A stretch of 64,000 nt of DNA from Eledone cirrhosa (taxonomy: Eukaryota), in assembly GCA_964016885.1 (NCBI GenBank), contig OZ024743.1:285572001-285636000 (forward strand), written 5' to 3'. Numbering within the stretch: the stretch's first letter is position 1; each line of letters opens with the position of its first letter. The notes beneath the pieces are model-generated. The model ran no database searches, was not told the DNA's origin, and was given only the letters and a program-made list of their open reading frames with translations. A program made the position numbers and the translations under genes. This document shows, piece by piece, positions 38,942-51,162 of this stretch.

Positions 38942-39150
38942 TCATCATGATCATCGTTTAATATCCATCTTCTACTCTAGCATGGGTAGGATGGGCTGTC
39001 CCTTTGTGAGGGATCAGGTCAGAGGACCGTGATTCACTCACACAGAACTGATTTTGGCTTGGTTTCTACATCTGGATGTCCTTCCTAACGCCAACCACTT
39101 TACAGCATAGGTTGGGTACTTTTTGTTGTGAGACCCACACAACCACTTCA
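38942..39150 (-). mobile_element. RTE 3' UTR remnant
   Basis: Reverse complement of the 1135-1353 type tail. Confidence 0.7.
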
Positions 39151-39496
39151 GTGTTCAAATATATTTTGTATGTATTGGCTAGACACTTTTCAACCCTATT
39201 TCTTATTATTTTCTCATGTCAACTCTTAAATAGTGTCTAATCAGCGTGTCCAATATTTCACTTGTTAGTATGGGTCGATGTCCTCTAAATTGTTTACATG
39301 TACAGCTGCTTATCTATATACATAAGGTGCAGTTTTCTACTCTTCTGACAATAACACACCAATGGAGTGTTTTTGTTATCATAGTATTATGTATATTTTA
39401 AAGCTTGTGTGAGTGTGTGTGATAAATACATACATGTATGTCCTCCATGGCATATTTCAATTTATCTGAACAAAGTTTTAAAATCACTTAATGTTT

Positions 39497-40040
39497 CATC
39501 ATCATCATCATGTCCGTTTTCCCTATTAGCATGGATCAGATGGGTCATCACATACCAAGTCACTATTTAATCAGACCCACTGAGCTCTCAGATGGACTGG
39601 GGTGGGGGTATTATATCTTGCTTATGTAATTTCCTGTATTCTACTGAGTGCAGCAGGTGCATTTTATTGTGGCATAAGCATTAGGTGGTTGTCATGTCTT
39701 TGAAACTACTGAAGAGCCCTCTCAACCTTTAGTTTGGCAAATTTTCTATAGCTGGATGCCCTTTCTATCACTAACCATATTACAAAGTGTATTGGGTGCG
39801 TTTATTATGCTACCAACACTGGAGAGGTTGTACTCTTCAAATGGCTGAAGAGTCCTCGCAAACCCTTTTTTGGTATGTTTTCTACAGTTGAACGCCCTTC
39901 CTATCACTAGCCACTTTACAGTGTGTACTAGGTGCATTTATCATGGCATCAATATTAGAGAGGTTGTCATACTCTTCACACAACTGAAGAGTCCATTCAG
40001 CCCTTTTTTGACAAGGTTTCTACAATTGGATGCCCTATAC
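39497..40040 (-). repeat. RTE-tail element with about 3 tandem ~135 bp units
   Basis: Units recur near 39645, 39790 and 39925: GGTGCATTTAT..GAGGTTGT..CTCTTCA..CTGAAGAG..CCCTT..TTTCTACA. Confidence 0.7.
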
Positions 40041-41939
40041 AAATGTATAAGTGTAGTGACCTTTGTTTACAGCTAGGTTGAATGAAGGATATGAAACGAA
40101 ACTTTGTGCTCATTTAAAGCAAATTTAAACAGAAAAGTAATTTGTAGATTGAAATATAATCTAGAATGGAGAAGCAAAGCACTCCTTTTCTCTCTACCCT
40201 CCTCTCCCCATATCTCTCCAATAAAGAAGTTATTCAAATTTCAAACTATTATTATCACAACTAATTTTTATATTTTGTACCAGATCAGGCATAACTTGGG
40301 TTACAATGGCATATACATATTACTCTTAGTTGAATAACGTATTGAGTTAGAAAAGGTGGAATTGTTTATAAGCCAATATGATGTCATTGACTTGATATCT
40401 AATATTGAGTCACAAAGCTGAAGGTGTAGAAACCTTAACTATTTTTAGAATGACGCGAGCAAATGATTGACTTAAGACTTCTGCTCTTGTCTTTTATTCA
40501 ATAATTTTTTTTTTTTTCTTTTTGTATCTCACAAGCATACAAGCTATTTTTCCAAGACATGGCTACAGGTTATTATAACATGTGTTTCAATACAACAATC
40601 TGGTCTCTATAAGTTGCTGTTACACAATCAATTGGTCTTTTTTCTTTTCTATTTCTTTTGAATTCCATATCATTGACTCAATTACACACAGCTCTTCTTT
40701 ATTGATTGAGCATGAATCCATTATTTTCATTAGTTGAAATCTTGATTTCCCCCCCCCCCCCCCCCTCCCTATTGACTGAAAGATGTCCTCTGCTTATGTG
40801 AATTTTTTTGTCACATTTAATGAAAAGTTGTTAGGAATCAATTGTATTGCTGACTTACAGAAAAAAAGTTATTTCAATATAATACATTCTCTCAGTACTA
40901 TTATTAGTTAGTTGATTTTCACAATTAATACAACACTTACCTTATCTATAGTATAATCAAAATATACCTCCTCTAATCAGCAAAGATAATATACAAAGTC
41001 ACTTAATCTGTAGAGGCCCTGACACCAGACCTCTCTCTTTTTAAAAATTCATCTTCAACGTTCTTAATTTGTACGTGGTGTATTTTAAACATTTCTTTTA
41101 TGGTCATTTTATTAAAGTGCCAGAGAGAAGGCAGCAAGTTAGTCAAATTGAATGTTTTGTAATATTCTAATACATTTTCACTTCAGGTCCTACTAGGGTT
41201 GACATAGCTTTTCTTCTCTCCAGTGTCAGTAAAATAAGCACCAGCAGCAATATACTGCTTTTCATATATGTTATATCTTCTGCCTTGTCAAAAGAAATTA
41301 AAATATCCAAGTTGTTTTACCTTGTGTGTGTTTATTTTGCCAATTATTGAAAAAGATAGATACCAACAAGAAAGCTCTTTGTAAGCAACTCTGTAAAAAG
41401 TATAGCCTAGCCCACTGTCATCATAGTACCATGAAGACTACTTCTTTGTATGATGAAATTAAAATGGCAAATTAGCAGATTCATTACAGCACAGGACACA
41501 ATGCTTTGTATTTTTCTGGCTCTTTGTTCTTTAAGTTGCTGTGTCCTACTTGAGTGGTAGACTTAATGACACCACTTGGCTCTTGGGTTCCTTTTGCAGG
41601 GTTCACTCTGTTGCAGGCATTCAGGTCTTCAATTTGAGAATACCTTCCTCTCTCCTTCCAAACAGTCTTGGAAGCCCTTCCCTCACAAACTAAACATTTA
41701 AAAAAAGGAAAATCAGACATCTAGCTAAATCCAATAAAATGTTTAACAAAATATTAATGTGGTATGTAGTGCCTCACATCAGTGAATTGTAATACCTCAT
41801 CCTCATAAACCTATTTTGCTTTGAAATCCTTCATAGTTGATGATATGCATGTTAACTTCAATCTGGAGTAGATTGTGTGCCAGCCATATGCAGTCAGACA
41901 AAAATGGAGCATTGACTAACAAAACTGGCCAAAATGATT

Positions 41940-42557
41940 GCTCTTCCTCTCTCCTTCTCCCTATCCCCCCCTCTCTCCTTCTCCCTCTCTCTCCTTCTCC
42001 CCCCCCCTCCCCCTCTCTCATTCTCCCTCCCCCCTCTCCTTCTCCCTCCCCCTCCCCCCTCCCTCTCCCCTCCCTCTCCCTCTCCCTCTCCCCTTCTCCT
42101 TCTCCCTCTCCCCTTCTCCCTCTCCTCCCCTTCTCTCGCTCCTTCTCCCTCCCCCCTTCTCCCTCTCCCCTTCTCTCTCTCTCCCCTTCTCTCTCTCTCC
42201 CCTTCTCTCTCTCCCCCTTCTTTCTCCCTCTCCCCCTTCTCTCTCCTTCTCCCTCTCTCCCCTCTCCTCCCTCTCTCCTCCCTCTCTCTCCCTCTCTCCT
42301 CCCTCTCTCTCCCTCTCCTCCCTCTCTCTCCCTCCCACTCTCTTCCTCTCCTCCCTCTCTCTCCTTCTCCCTCCCTCCTTCTCCCCCTCTCCTCCCTCTC
42401 CTTCTCCCTCTCTCTCCTTCTCCCTCTCTCCTTCTCCCCCTCTTCTTCTCCCTCCCTCCTTCTCCCCCTCTCCTCCCTCCCTCCTTCTCCCTCTCTCCTT
42501 CTCCCCCCCTCCTTCTCCCCCACCCCCTCTCTTTCTCCCCCTATCCCACCCCCCTCT
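41940..42557. repeat. ~620 bp homopyrimidine (CT/CCT/CTT) tract
   Basis: Almost exclusively C and T on the plus strand. Confidence 0.97.
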
Positions 42558-42848
42558 TAAAGCTGGTGTTTTAGCTAGCATTTCATGGTGCTCAACAGAT
42601 AAGAGATAGATAAATCCCACCCTGGATAGAAAAAATGGTAGTCTATGGCTGGTAACATTTTCTAATGATTTGATGCATATTTCTAGCAACTGAGTCAATG
42701 ATGGATGTGTTTTGTCCAGAATCAGGAAACACCTGCAACATATTTGAAATCATGATCTATGAAAAGTTAATTGAATATTTCATCTTGTCGGCCATCTTGC
42801 CTCTTCTAATCTGTAACAAGGTAAAAATTAAACTTCAACAGAACTTAG

Positions 42849-42883
<35 letters not shown>

Positions 42884-43419
42884 CGCTTGACACTTAACAA
42901 ATGTAGTTGTCAAAACTATGTATGTAAGCCATAAAATGGAGTGGATATCAGTTTAGACAAATAACAGGCATTGTTCCTGTTAACAGCCACTGCAGGCATT
43001 GCATTTCTGGACAAGTCATTCTATTCTCTGTGTCACCTTTCTATTGAGAATGGGATACAGAAATTATGTGAAGGTTGTTAGTGAAGATAAATTGGCATCA
43101 CCTGTTCAATTGACATTCCAGCCATAAATATCTGCTTTTTTTTTCTTGAGCCATTTTTTTAATGATAGGTGGGAGTTGAAGAAGTGGTTGCTGTTTTTAG
43201 CAGGATAAGTGGCCACAGACTGGCTTCCTTGTTAGCTTGAGGGTTTCCCCTCTTTGGCAGTACATCTCATATTATTTACAATTCTATACCTATATGCAAT
43301 AGTTGTATTTGACCATGGCTAACCTGGGGTTAAACTAAAACATCAACAAATTGGTATCTCCTAGAGCTCTGTTTGCCTGTCACAAACCTATCATTAAGTA
43401 TTTGTTCAGTTGGTACACC

Positions 43420-43590
43420 TTAACCCTTTTCAAATGAAATGCACTCTATTTTTATTAATTAATGGAGAATTTTGAGGGGTTTACTAAAATTATGTTTGAA
43501 GATTTTAATTTAAATTAGAAACCTTTAAAATGGGTGGTTTTGTTTCATAGAACCAGTCAGTTTAGGTCGAGTTGTTAACTAAAGGGCTAA
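43420..43590. mobile_element. Possible piggyBac-type MITE
   Basis: TTAA-CCCTTT ... AAAGGG-CTAA ends. Confidence 0.35.
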
Positions 43591-44222
43591 GGATTGGAAA
43601 AGGATTAATTTTAACTGATATATGTATTCATGCACTCACACAATTAGTGGCATAGCTTAATATTAAAAGGCTTACTTCTTATAGACTGTTTTTGTATTAA
43701 CTCACTTTTGCATTTATTTTATAATTTGTTATAAACTTCTAACTATATAATGTTGATTAGTCTGTTAGTTAATTACTAATAATTTTGTTTTCATGTATAT
43801 ATTTAAAGCAGAAAAGCTTTGCTCCAGTTAGTCAAACCGCACTAAATTTTCAGTTTCTGTCTTGTTCTATATTTGAGTGATGATAGTGCCCTCAAAGTAT
43901 TAAACTACTGGCCAGCCTGCTGCTGCTGCTTTCTTCTCTCTACTTCTTTAATCTGCTATTTTAGTGCAAAGTAGGTTATCTTCTTGATTTGTGTTTTTGT
44001 AACTGATTAAATTCAGGGTGGGTACTTCAACAATTTAAGAATGTTGTGTGTGCATGTACACGTTTGTACATGTGTGTAGGTGTCATTTCAATACCATTTT
44101 GAAATAAGTTTATCTAATTTCAATATCATTTTTTATAGAGTGCTATTGTGTAGAGGTCAATTTCCCATACAACCCAGTTTGGATTTCTTGTCACTTCATT
44201 CAACATTATTAATACCTTCAGA

Positions 44223-44397
44223 GGCGGTGGATTGGCAGTATCGGAAGAGGGTCGGACGCCGTGCTTTAACGCATAGTTACGGCCCTTGCCATTCTGAGTT
44301 CAAATCCCGCCGAGGTTAACTTTGCCTTTCATCCTTACGGGGTCGATAAAATAAAGTACCAGTAATGCACTGGGTAATTGCCAAAAGTAGAAACAAT
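44223..44397 (+). mobile_element. Young SINE family 2 copy with 18-bp TSD and an internal 3' deletion
   Basis: ATTATTAATACCTTCAGA at 44205-44222 and 44396-44413. Confidence 0.92.
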
Positions 44398-45347
44398 TAT
44401 TAATACCTTCAGAAAAAAGTATGAATATTACATTCCTAGGAATTTATATTCAGCTTTCACTAAGTCACCTCTGTCTTGTATAGACAAGCGATCTATTCAT
44501 GGATCTTCTACTCTTTCTCAATAAAGCAAACAAATTTCCTTGAATAAACTCCTTATCTTTTACATTGGAGCTATACAAAACCATGGTGTTTATGACTGAC
44601 TTATGTACACAGGATTTAAAATTGGCTTCTCAGCATTTGACTGCCAAGGGAGCCTCTTAGCTAGTTACCTGACCTGCTAAAAATTACACACTACTGTCTT
44701 AAAAAAGAAAATGTACATTGAATAATGTAGTTCTAGATAGAGTTTGAAAACAGGCTGGATGATCACAATTAGAATATCTTTGATCATAGGTCTGTTTGAA
44801 TAGGATTGAATCGGTGATGAAGAGGCAAAACAAACAATGTGTGTGCACTACTCAACAATATTCATTAAAGATGTTTGGATAGTTTAAAACTTCTAACCAC
44901 AAGTGATTGTCCTCTATTTCCTACACAAAGCATATTACTATACTTGCTACAAAAAATTTCTTATTCCAATAAGATCTTGTATCATTGCAAGCAAACAGTA
45001 ATGTTTGAGCAAGAGACAGCTGAATTTTGACAAAATTATTTAATTTTTTTTTAAAGTAATTAATATCTTTACCTGTCTTTCTAAATTATCACTTTTGTCT
45101 CCATAACTTGTCTGAGTTTTGTATGCACTTTTAAATCATACATCATCATCTTTATATCCATCCTCCTCTCCCAAATAGTTATGATTATGACCTGAATTGT
45201 ATTTGCTTTTAGCTAGTGATGGTCCTGTACACATCAATTCTGAAACTTCTACTTGCTCTGAGAACTTCCATTTAAGATTAGTTGCCATGTCAGGTTGTAT
45301 AGAGACATTATACATTTAATTTATTCGTTTAGTTTATATATGTTTAA

Positions 45348-46153
45348 GAAGAAGTTTAGGGAACTACTACCACTCACTGCTAGCTGCAAAAGGCTTCTCC
45401 CTCAGAATGAAAGGCAGACTGTATGATGCGTGTATCCGAACAGCAATGTTGCATGGTAGTGAGACCTGGGCGCTGAAGGTGGAAGACTTACGTAGATTAG
45501 AGAGAAACGAAGCCTGCATGCTCCGATGGATGTGTAACAGTAATATACATGAACGACAAAGTATAAATGAATTGAGAGAGAGACTGAGCATAAGAGGAAT
45601 CAAATGCTGTGTGCAGGAGAGGCGGTTGCGCTGGTATGGACATGTGATGCGTATGAAGGATGACAGCTGCATAAAAAGGTGCGGAGCACTAGAACTCGAT
45701 GGAAACCGCGGAGTGGGGAGACCCAAGATGACCTGGGATGAGGTGATAAAAGCCGACCTTACCCAATTACACCTCTCAAAGGCGATGACACACGACCGTG
45801 ACCACTGGCGTCACGCAGTAATACAGAGTACCCGACCTCCCATGGGTACAAGCTGAAGCATATAGACAATATGCCCCCACACCCCCCACCGCAAGGTGGT
45901 CGTGGAGGTGCCATGGCAAAAAAGCACCCAGCCCACACTGTAAAGTGGACGTGTAGGCACCACGAAAAAGCACCCAGCACTCACTGTAAATGAGGTTGGT
46001 GTTAGGAAGGGCATCCAGCTGTAGAAATTAAGCCAAATCAGTTCCTGTACGAGCAAGGCATGGTCAGCCGACCAGACACTGCCCACAACAGGACAACCCG
46101 TCTAACCCATGCTAGCGTGGAAGAACGGACGTAAAACGGTGATGATGATGATG
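45348..46153 (+). mobile_element. Young 5'-truncated RTE LINE
   Basis: ORF 45407-45856 KGRLYDACIRTAMLHGSETW..RLRWYGHV; (GAT)n tail; candidate TSD ATGTTTAA at 45340 and 46154. Confidence 0.93.
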
Positions 46154-46254
46154 ATGTTTAATGATATGAGTAGTATGCAACTTGAAAATATTAAACTTAA
46201 TGATTTTTTTTTTTATAAAGAAGGTTAGAGTTCTAATCTATTGCTCTCTTATCT

Positions 46255-47175
46255 TCTATGTATATGACTCTGTCTTTGTAAACTGTATGATGCCTGTGTT
46301 ACATGGCAGTGAAACATGGGCCTTGACTGCTGAAGACCTGTGGAGGCTAGAAAGAAATGAGTTGAGAATGCTCGGATGGATGTACAATATTAGTGTGCAT
46401 GAGTGACATAACAAGCAAACTTAGGGGAAAACCTGTCATAAGGGGAATTGGATGTAGTGTGCAAGAGAGAAGACTGCATTGGTGTGGCCATGTGATGCAC
46501 ATGGAAGATGGTAGCTGCATAAAGAAATGCAGAGAAACCCCAGTGGCTGGCACCTATGGAAGAGGCAGACTCAGGAAGACATGGGATGAGGTTGTAAGGA
46601 CTGACCTTAGAAAGCTAAATCTTACAAGAGAAATGACAAAAGACCATGAGGGCTGATGCTCTGCAGTGCTAAAGGAGATCCAACCTGCATCTTACAATGG
46701 GACCTGACCTACCTTTCACTAGCACTCCCTAACTGTTAATCTCAACTTCACTACTTCACCACCACCCCAATCACACACACATTCCTGGCAGTTGCTCTCC
46801 CCCTCCCCAGTGAAGTGGTTGGTTATAAAAAGGGTTTCCACCCATGGAGAACTTGCCAAGCAAACAAACAGGGTTGAGAGGACCCTTCAGTCATGTCATA
46901 GAGATGACAGCCTCCTTAGTGTTGGTAATAGGAGGGTCATCAGGCTTTAGAAAACTTGCCAGATAAAGGGTTGGGAGGACCCGCCAGTCGTGTCAAGGGC
47001 ATGACAACCTCTCCTGAGCACTCGAAGGAACGTGAGACTGTATATATAAGCAAACAGGTCCTTGGCTTGCCTGGGTGATTAGTGGCTCTGCATCAGTATG
47101 GACTAGGTTTATATGAACGCATCCAACCCTTGCTAGCAGGGAAAGCGAATGTTAAAATGATGATGATTATGATGA
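46255..47175 (+). mobile_element. Older RTE LINE 3' end with duplicated UTR module
   Basis: LHGSETWALTAEDLWRLERNE, RLHWCGHV, GRLRKTW; repeated UTR units near 46815 and 46920; (GAT)n tail. Confidence 0.85.
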
Positions 47176-47179
47176 TATA

Positions 47180-47215
<36 letters not shown>

Positions 47216-49998
47216 GAATACTCGATCAATGCTATCCCAGATGGTGTGGGAGAATGGTCTCTGGCATGCAGAACTCCAAGTGCAAGTCACCTCCTGGTCA
47301 CAATAGAATGGAGAAAGTGTTACCCCAGAGGATAGTGAGGCAGATGCATTTAAATAGCCATTCCAGTATGCAGGACTCACTTCTGTAGGAGGCCAACTCT
47401 GCCCGATAGCAGTAAGGAGTGGGTATGGGGACTGAGAATGCTCGAAATCTCCACAGCTAGAGGTTCATATGTATATGACTAGAGTTTAACTTCTTTAGTG
47501 ATGCTGTAAGTACTTGCTTAGTATAGTTGCCACTCCCTTCTTTGCAGTTGAATGGTTAATGTTAGGAAGAAAACTTAACTATAAAAGCAAGAATCATAGC
47601 AATTTACAGGCAAATATCCTAATTTCTAAACTCCTTCCTCCTTTCATGAGAAAATTGATATGAATTTATGAATTGTTATAGATAGGAGAATGGAAGAAAA
47701 TCATTCTGTTATGTTAACTAAGCTTAATCTTCAAGTTGTTTAGAGCCTCCTCAGCTGAAGACTACAAAATAGAACTGCAATTTCAAATAATTATGGCCTT
47801 TGTTAGATATTCTGTATACAAAGACTCCCTCACAACTGACTTTCTCTTAATTTTATTCCTGCGACTTCAAGATCTAGAATTTAAAAAAGAAATTTATATA
47901 TGTTCCTTATTTACTTATTATCTGATATTAAAGCCTAGCTTTTACTTTAGAAATTTAACAAGGTTGATTGTATCACTTAGCGCCTCTTTTGATGCTTGAA
48001 GCATACTCCTGGTGACTAAAAGGACCCACCCATACACTCATACACTGTTAGAATAGCACATGCTGAGTAAAAGGTTGAGTATTTCATTGACATATATATC
48101 CTTAATGAGACCTTCAGACAGTATTAACGTGACACATTATATGACAAAGCTGGTTCTATGAATTACATCTTCAGTCCATCTGATGAGCTTCCATAGTTTC
48201 CATCTATGCAATTTCTCTCACAGTGTTTAGGGTTAACTTAAGGCTATGGTAAAAGACACTTGTCAAAGATAGATATAGAGGGATAAAACCTCATGATTGT
48301 AAAGTAAACTTTTTAACCTCTCTGAATAGGTCTCAATATAATCAAGGTGATGAACAACATTTTTTTATCATTTTTATGTAAATTTTCTCTCAATGTACAA
48401 TTACAAAGATTAATGTACTTTTCCTTTGGTAAAGTTAACCTTAAAGAAAAAAAATTAATTTGGTTAAATTTACCACGTGCTTTCCATATTTATCAATTAT
48501 ACTACATGCAACCTTGTGGCTGTTTTGGCAATCTTTTCTAATTATCATTATTTTTTTTATATCTGAAAAATTTTGAATCAGTTAGAACAGTTGATTTAAC
48601 TGTGATGGGAACATTAAAAAAGATTAACTTGTGGGCATGGGTTTTTTTTTTTCAAATTACCAACATCTGATTGATGGAACTTTTTGATAGGCTTGAAAAA
48701 AAAAAAAATCCCTGTTTCTTTTTAACAGATTTGTTAATTTATTCTATATATCTTAAATCTATCTAAAATCCACTTTTTTTCCCCTAATAGACTTTTCCTT
48801 TTTATTTCCACTCCTCTTCTCCTTTTCTTAAATGAAAACATTTTAGAACTTAATTATGACTTAATTATCCACTGAAATATAAGGAACTTTGATGCGTGTT
48901 TTACACATTATCAAATTGATTTGTTTCCCACCTCTTCAATGATTTTCGCTAATCATGTCCCAGTATAAACCAAATATATAATTAGGACTAAGATAGAAAT
49001 TTCTTAACATCATGAATGTTGACAAAGTTCACTATCATTTTGTTCAATAAAATTTTGAAATTTCATTTTGTTGTCAACAATTATTATATATATTTGGTTA
49101 AATTAGGGCAAACAGCTGTAAAAAGCTTGTTAAACAATGGGTTAGGAGGACCCTTCAGTTTATGTCAAAAGACATGACAACTTCTCCTCTGCACTTATAT
49201 GACCATGTATAAGAAAGATACAGACCCCTTGGCCTATCTAGGAGGTCAGTAGCCTCGTTTCAGTATTGATTTGGTTTATGTAGACCCATCCAACCCTTAC
49301 TAGCAGGAAAAGTGGACGTTAAATGATGGTGGTGACGATTTGGATAAACTCAATAAAATAAAGGAAACAAACTCGAGTGGAAAAAATGTTGAGAGATTCC
49401 TCATACCACTTTAGTCCTTGTGGTTGTCATTTAACTACCTAGTTCATTTTCAGATTCATTGTAAGAACAATTGACTGAGTTAATAAAGTACTGAATAATC
49501 ACACCTTCCTACCTAGGAGGGTGGTAACTGTATAAGAACTGACCTATGCCAGCATAGAAAATGGACATAAAATTGGTGTGTATGTGTACATGCTTGTAAT
49601 ACATTTACTCTTCTTATACTGCATACATGCAATATTGTAACAGCTATTGTTGATATATATGTATATATGTGTATATCATCATCACCACCACCATTTTATG
49701 TCCATTTTTCCACTCTAGCATTGGTTAAACGAGTTGTCCTGTTGTGGACAATGCTAGGTCAGGTGACCATGTCTTGCTTATATATAATATATATATATAT
49801 ATATATAGATAGAGAGAGAATTCTCTAATACTTTAGCAAAATGTGTTAAGCTCAATGTGTTATTCAGGTTAAAACCATGCTGGGATCAAAGTCCAGGGTG
49901 TAATCCAAAGGGTTTACGATACTGGTAGATAAAGACAATGAAAGCCACAGAGCATAAATAATCAATCAATTCAGTAGGGAAACCAAGGTAGTTATTGA

Positions 49999-50114
49999 AT
50001 TTCAATCATTTATTTCTATAAGGATAGATGTAGTATCAATCAAAATAATTAATCAGTTAATCAATTAATTATTAATATGGCACAAAAACATCTCCCCTTA
50101 CATCCTCAGGAAAT
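49999..50114 (-). ncRNA. Candidate hammerhead with a very long stem II
   Basis: Minus strand AUUUC CUGAGGA UGUAAGGGGAGAUGU..ACAUCUAUCCUUAUA GAAA UAAAUGAUU GAAAU. Confidence 0.45.
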
Positions 50115-51123
50115 ATAGATCGATCAATTGAGTTATATAGTTCTGTTAAGATAATACATAGGGAAGCATTCAAATAGTGAAAGAAACACACAAGAAAGAT
50201 AAAAGCAAGTACATTGTGTAGTTAAAGAATTTAAACATTTTGCATGAAAGTGTAGTGTAAGAAGTAAAATACCATTAGATAGAATCTTAAATGGAATAGA
50301 AAATTACTATGCATAGCGAAAATAATATTTAAAATTGAGAGTATTTATAAATAGTTTGTGTCGGGCATATATAATGATATTGTCCATGGTACTATACATC
50401 AAATAGTTATGTACTTACATAGAATCGAATGTATATATATTATACTATGTAAAGCAATAAAAATTTGATAAGGGTATCATTTTCTTAAAAAATAATTTAT
50501 TGAATACATCTTTAATGTCAATATTAACAGAATGGAGATATCTTCAGTTAATCCTATGCTTTTGGAGACAGTTGAGTTATAACTTCAGAAAAAAAAAAGA
50601 AAAAAAAAAGAGCTAATATGAGGAGATATTGATGTATTTTCAGTATTTTAAATTTTTATTTTTAAAATTAAAAGTCTGTTTAATTCAGGAATGAAGTAAT
50701 TACTAAATATTTCTAAGAAAAATTTTCTTCTTTGCTCATGGAATATATTTGCAAAATCATGCTTTGCTTGCAACTTTCTTATGTTGAAGTTTTGTCTTCT
50801 AGTAATCAGAAGTGTATAGATTTTTTTTATTCAATAAGATTTAATTTTATCAGCAAAATGATTCAATTGATACAAAAAACTGTAGACAGAAAAAAAAAAA
50901 AAGTGTATCTTTACCCCTCCCCCCTCTCTCTCTCCTTATCCATTGACAATGTATGGTATTTAGTATCAACATTAAGCTTAACTGACTGATTGGCTGACTC
51001 AGTTGAATGCTCTGCAGCAACCAACATTCCATCCAGTTATACTTCAAAACACTTATTGTCAAAAGAAAGATGAAAGAAGCTAAATCACGGATGACAGATA
51101 AGAGCTGCACCTATTTTACTCTC

Positions 51124-51162
<39 letters not shown>

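Noticed and set aside
39825-39995. CUGAAGA motifs in the tandem units
   Set aside because: No stem II-GAAA follows; they are only hairpin arms.
41837-42698. Pro/Ser/Leu-rich and Glu/Arg/Gly-rich ORFs over 200 aa
   Set aside because: Products of the stop-free CT tract.
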